Positions 46,658-50,045 of a stretch of 50,045 bases of DNA are shown piece by piece (the stretch's first letter is position 1; the number at the start of each line of letters is the position of its first letter). The stretch is taken from assembly GCA_032718475.1 (NCBI GenBank), contig JAUCBJ010008933.1:1-50045 (forward strand). The letters run 5' to 3'. The stretch comes from Nemertoderma westbladi. Lineage: Eukaryota > Animalia > Xenacoelomorpha. The translations under genes and the position numbers were made by a program. The notes below the pieces were generated by a model. The model was not told the DNA's origin. It ran no database searches and was given only the letters and a program-made list of their open reading frames with translations.

Positions 46658-48284
46658 GGTTGTCTGAGTCTGTACTCCCAGATATTCCCATTGGCGATAT
46701 CTCCTTTGCAGAAGTGAAGGCTGCTGCAAAGAGCATTAAGACCAATCGTGCCAGTGGAGTAGATGGTGTTCCCCCTGAGGTCTTTAAAATACCTGAGTGT
46801 TTAAATCTCATCTATCCCATCATAGTAGACATGTACCGTACAACAAGAGTCCCACAAGAAATGAAAACAAATAAGTTGGTGCCAGTTCCCAAGAAGGGCA
46901 ACCTAACACTCTATGGTTCTTTTCGGAGAATCTCATTGATCTCGATTGCTGCAAAACTATACAATAGAATTCCATTAAATCGCATCAGGGATCCCATTGA
47001 GAGACTGCTACGTGGAAATCAGAATGGGTTCCGTAAAGGTCGTGGGACCATGGAGCCCATTTTGGCACTTAGAAGGATAATTGAAGAGTTATCAAAAAAG
47101 AAAGACAGGCATCTGGCTGTTATCTTTGTTGACTTCTTCAAGGCCTTTGATTCAGTCTCTCGCTCACGTATGTTCAGCATACTTTCATTATATGGGATTC
47201 CTGATGAAATTATTGCAGCAATCAGATCAGTATACGATGGTTCGACAACATTTGTGTCTACTGTTGATGGTGACACAGAACCATTTGAAGTGTTATGGGG
47301 CGTCCTCCAAGGAGACACACTTGCACCATTCTTGTTCATTATTGTGGTTGACTATGTTCTACGCATGTCCTTAGATCATCATAATGATGATGGGGTGATG
47401 ATAACTCCACCTACTGGCTCCAGAAGTCGAGGAAATCCTGCCAAGTACCTAACTGATCTAGACTTTGCTGATGACTTAGGAGTACTCTCAGAATCATTAG
47501 AGGGAGCCCAGCGGCTCCTCAGCTCATTAGAACATGCTGCTTCTAGTGTTGGTCTTTTTATTAACTCCAGAAAGACCAAAATTCTGACAGTTAACTTTGA
47601 AAGTCCTCAGCAAGTCTCTGATCGGATGAGCATAAGCTCAAAGGATGGTATGCTTGAGCATGTGGACGACTTCTGTTACCTGGTATCATGGATCCGGAAG
47701 TCAGGTGAGGACCTTCGAATAAGTAAGGGAAAGGCATGGGCAGCCTTGAATAGGCTTTCCAGGATTTGGAAGTCACCTAGAATTAATCGGAAACTTAAGG
47801 TCCGATTATTCAGAGCAGCAGTAGTTCCAGTACTCCTCTACGGGAGTCCATGCTGGGCTCTAACTGCTGAGGACACCAAATCTCTGGATGGCACATTCAC
47901 AAGAATGCTACGCCGGGTACATTGTGTCAAGTACAATGCACACATCTCCAACCAGACACTATATAACATTGGAGGTGTCTCATTGTTTCCCCCAAGCTTG
48001 ACACTAGAACAAAATCGCCTCCGCTTTGCAGGACATTGCTTTCGCCGTGAGGACCAGCCAGTGCATAATCTTGTACTTTGGCAGCCTCATGGAGTGAATA
48101 AGCATGGTGGACAGCCCATGACTTTCTTGAGACGCATCTTAAAGGACACTGGCCTTAAAGATGCGGATGATCTAGCAAATGTCATGGGTGATAGGGAGTT
48201 GTGGCGGTGCAATTTTGTTGACAAGCCGGCACAGCATTCTTAAAAATGCAGCTGCAATGCAGCATGCCGATCCTAGTAGTAGTA
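46658..48284 (+). mobile_element. RTE-clade LINE, 5'-truncated, open RT frame
   Basis: 527-aa ORF with GVLQGDTLAP, LDFADD, LLYG; (TAG)n tail; 11-bp TSD GTTCTGGTGAT (46647-46657 / 48285-48295). Confidence 0.93.
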
Positions 48285-48425
48285 GTTCTGGTGATTATTT
48301 CAATGATTTATCTCTGCTAGCTCACTACGTAAAGCACAGGACTTAGCGGATGGGAAAGTGGTGGGTGCGATCCTGGATGAGGTTTTTTTGTTTAATATTA
48401 AATTTCGATTTAAAGTTTAGGCAGT

Positions 48426-50045
48426 TTAGTACAGAAACATTTCGGTTGTTTCTATATAGATTACTGTTACAAGGTTAGTACAGAAACATTTCGTTGCTTT
48501 TCTCTCTATAGATTACTGTTACAAGGTTAGTACAGAAACATTTCGGTTGTTTCTCTATAGATTACTGTTACAAGGTTAGTACAGAAACATTTCGGTTGTT
48601 TCTCTATAGATTACTGTTACAAGGTTAGTACAGAAACATTTCGGTTGTTTCTATATAGATTACTGTTACAAGGTTAGTACAGAAACATTTCGGTTGTTTC
48701 TCTATAGATTACTGTTACAAGGTTAGTACAGAAACATTTCGTTGCTTTTCTCTATATAGATTACTGTTACAAGGTTAGTACAGAAACATTTCGGTTGTTT
48801 CTCTATAGATTACTGTTACAAGGTTAGTACAGAAACATTTCGGTTGTTTCTCTATAGATTACTGTTACAAGGTTAGTACAGAAACATTTCGGTTGTTTCT
48901 ATATAGATTACTGTTACAAGGTTAGTACAGAAACATTTCGTTGCTTTTCTCTCTATAGATTACTGTTACAAGGTTAGTACAGAAACATTTCGGTTGTTTC
49001 TCTATAGATTACTGTTACAAGGTTAGTACAGAAACATTTCGTTGCTTTTCTCTCTATAGATTACTGTTACAAGGTTAGTACAGAAACATTTCGGTTGTTT
49101 CTCTATATAGATTACTGTTACAAGGTTAGTACAGAAACATTTCGTTGCTTTTCTCTCTATAGATTACTGTTACAAGGTTAGTACAGAAACATTTCGGTTG
49201 TTTCTCTATATAGATTACTGTTACAAGGTTAGTACAGAAACATTTCGTTGCTTTTCTCTCTATAGATTACTGTTACAAGGTTAGTACAGAAACATTTCGG
49301 TTGTTTCTATATAGATTACTGTTACAAGGTTAGTACAGAAACATTTCGTTGCTTTTCTCTCTATAGATTACTGTTACAAGGTTAGTACAGAAACATTTCG
49401 GTTGTTTCTCTATAGATTACTGTTACAAGGTTAGTACAGAAACATTTCGGTTGTTTCTCTATAGATTACTGTTACAAGGTTAGTACAGAAACATTTCGTT
49501 GCTTTTCTCTCTATAGATTACTGTTACAAGGTTAGTACAGAAACATTTCGTTGCTTTTCTCTCTATAGATTACTGTTACAAGGTTAGTACAGAAACATTT
49601 CGGTTGTTTCTCTCTATAGATTACTGTTACAAGGTTAGTACAGAAACATTTCGGTTGTTTCTCTATAGATTACTGTTACAAGGTTAGTACAGAAACATTT
49701 CGGTTGTTTCTCTATAGATTACTGTTACAAGGTTAGTACAGAAACATTTCGGTTGTTTCTCTATAGATTACTGTTACAAGGTTAGTACAGAAACATTTCG
49801 GTTGTTTCTCTATAGATTACTGTTACAAGGTTAGTACAGAAACATTTCGTTGCTTTTCTCTCTATAGATTACTGTTACAAGGTTAGTACAGAAACATTTC
49901 GTTGTTTCTCTCTATAGATTACTGTTACAAGGTTAGTACAGAAACATTTCGGTTGTTTCTCTATAGATTACTGTTACAAGGTTAGTACAGAAACATTTCG
50001 GTTGTTTCTCTATAGATTACTGTTACAAGGTTAGTACAGAAACAT
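48426..50045 (+). repeat. 49-51 bp minisatellite/satellite, >30 copies, runs off the window
   Basis: Unit TTAGTACAGAAACATTTCGGTTGTTTCTCTATAGATTACTGTTACAAGG with a variant containing CGTTGCTTTTCTC. Confidence 0.97.

Noticed and set aside
48426-50045. Terminal repeat array as CRISPR or telomere
   Set aside because: No spacers, and the unit is not a short G-rich telomeric repeat.

Overview
Eukaryotic (invertebrate-animal-like) intergenic DNA made almost entirely of transposable elements. No host gene, rRNA, true tRNA or CRISPR array is recognisable. Main contents: RTE, CR1 and L2-type LINE fragments; two tRNA-derived SINEs; a fold-back element; a young non-autonomous BEL/Pao LTR retrotransposon (14150-24414, 1.6-kb LTRs, GTAAA target-site duplication [TSD]); a Gypsy-like element with CG...CG termini (25541-31197); a decayed second BEL/Pao with an unknown extra ORF; and a 49-51 bp satellite running off the end. 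The first BEL/Pao is the unusual part. It has no tRNA primer-binding site (PBS); instead a 13-nt PBS is complementary to its own LTR, in Tf1-style self-priming geometry. Its U3 is an array of covarying RNA hairpins: six kink-turn hairpins and three loop-E/T-loop hairpins, the latter motif recurring inside two ORFs in different frames. It has lost capsid, RT, RNase H and most of integrase but keeps a small upstream ORF and a large DEDDy exonuclease + zinc-knuckle cargo ORF. All structures and family calls were made by eye; no searches or folding were run.
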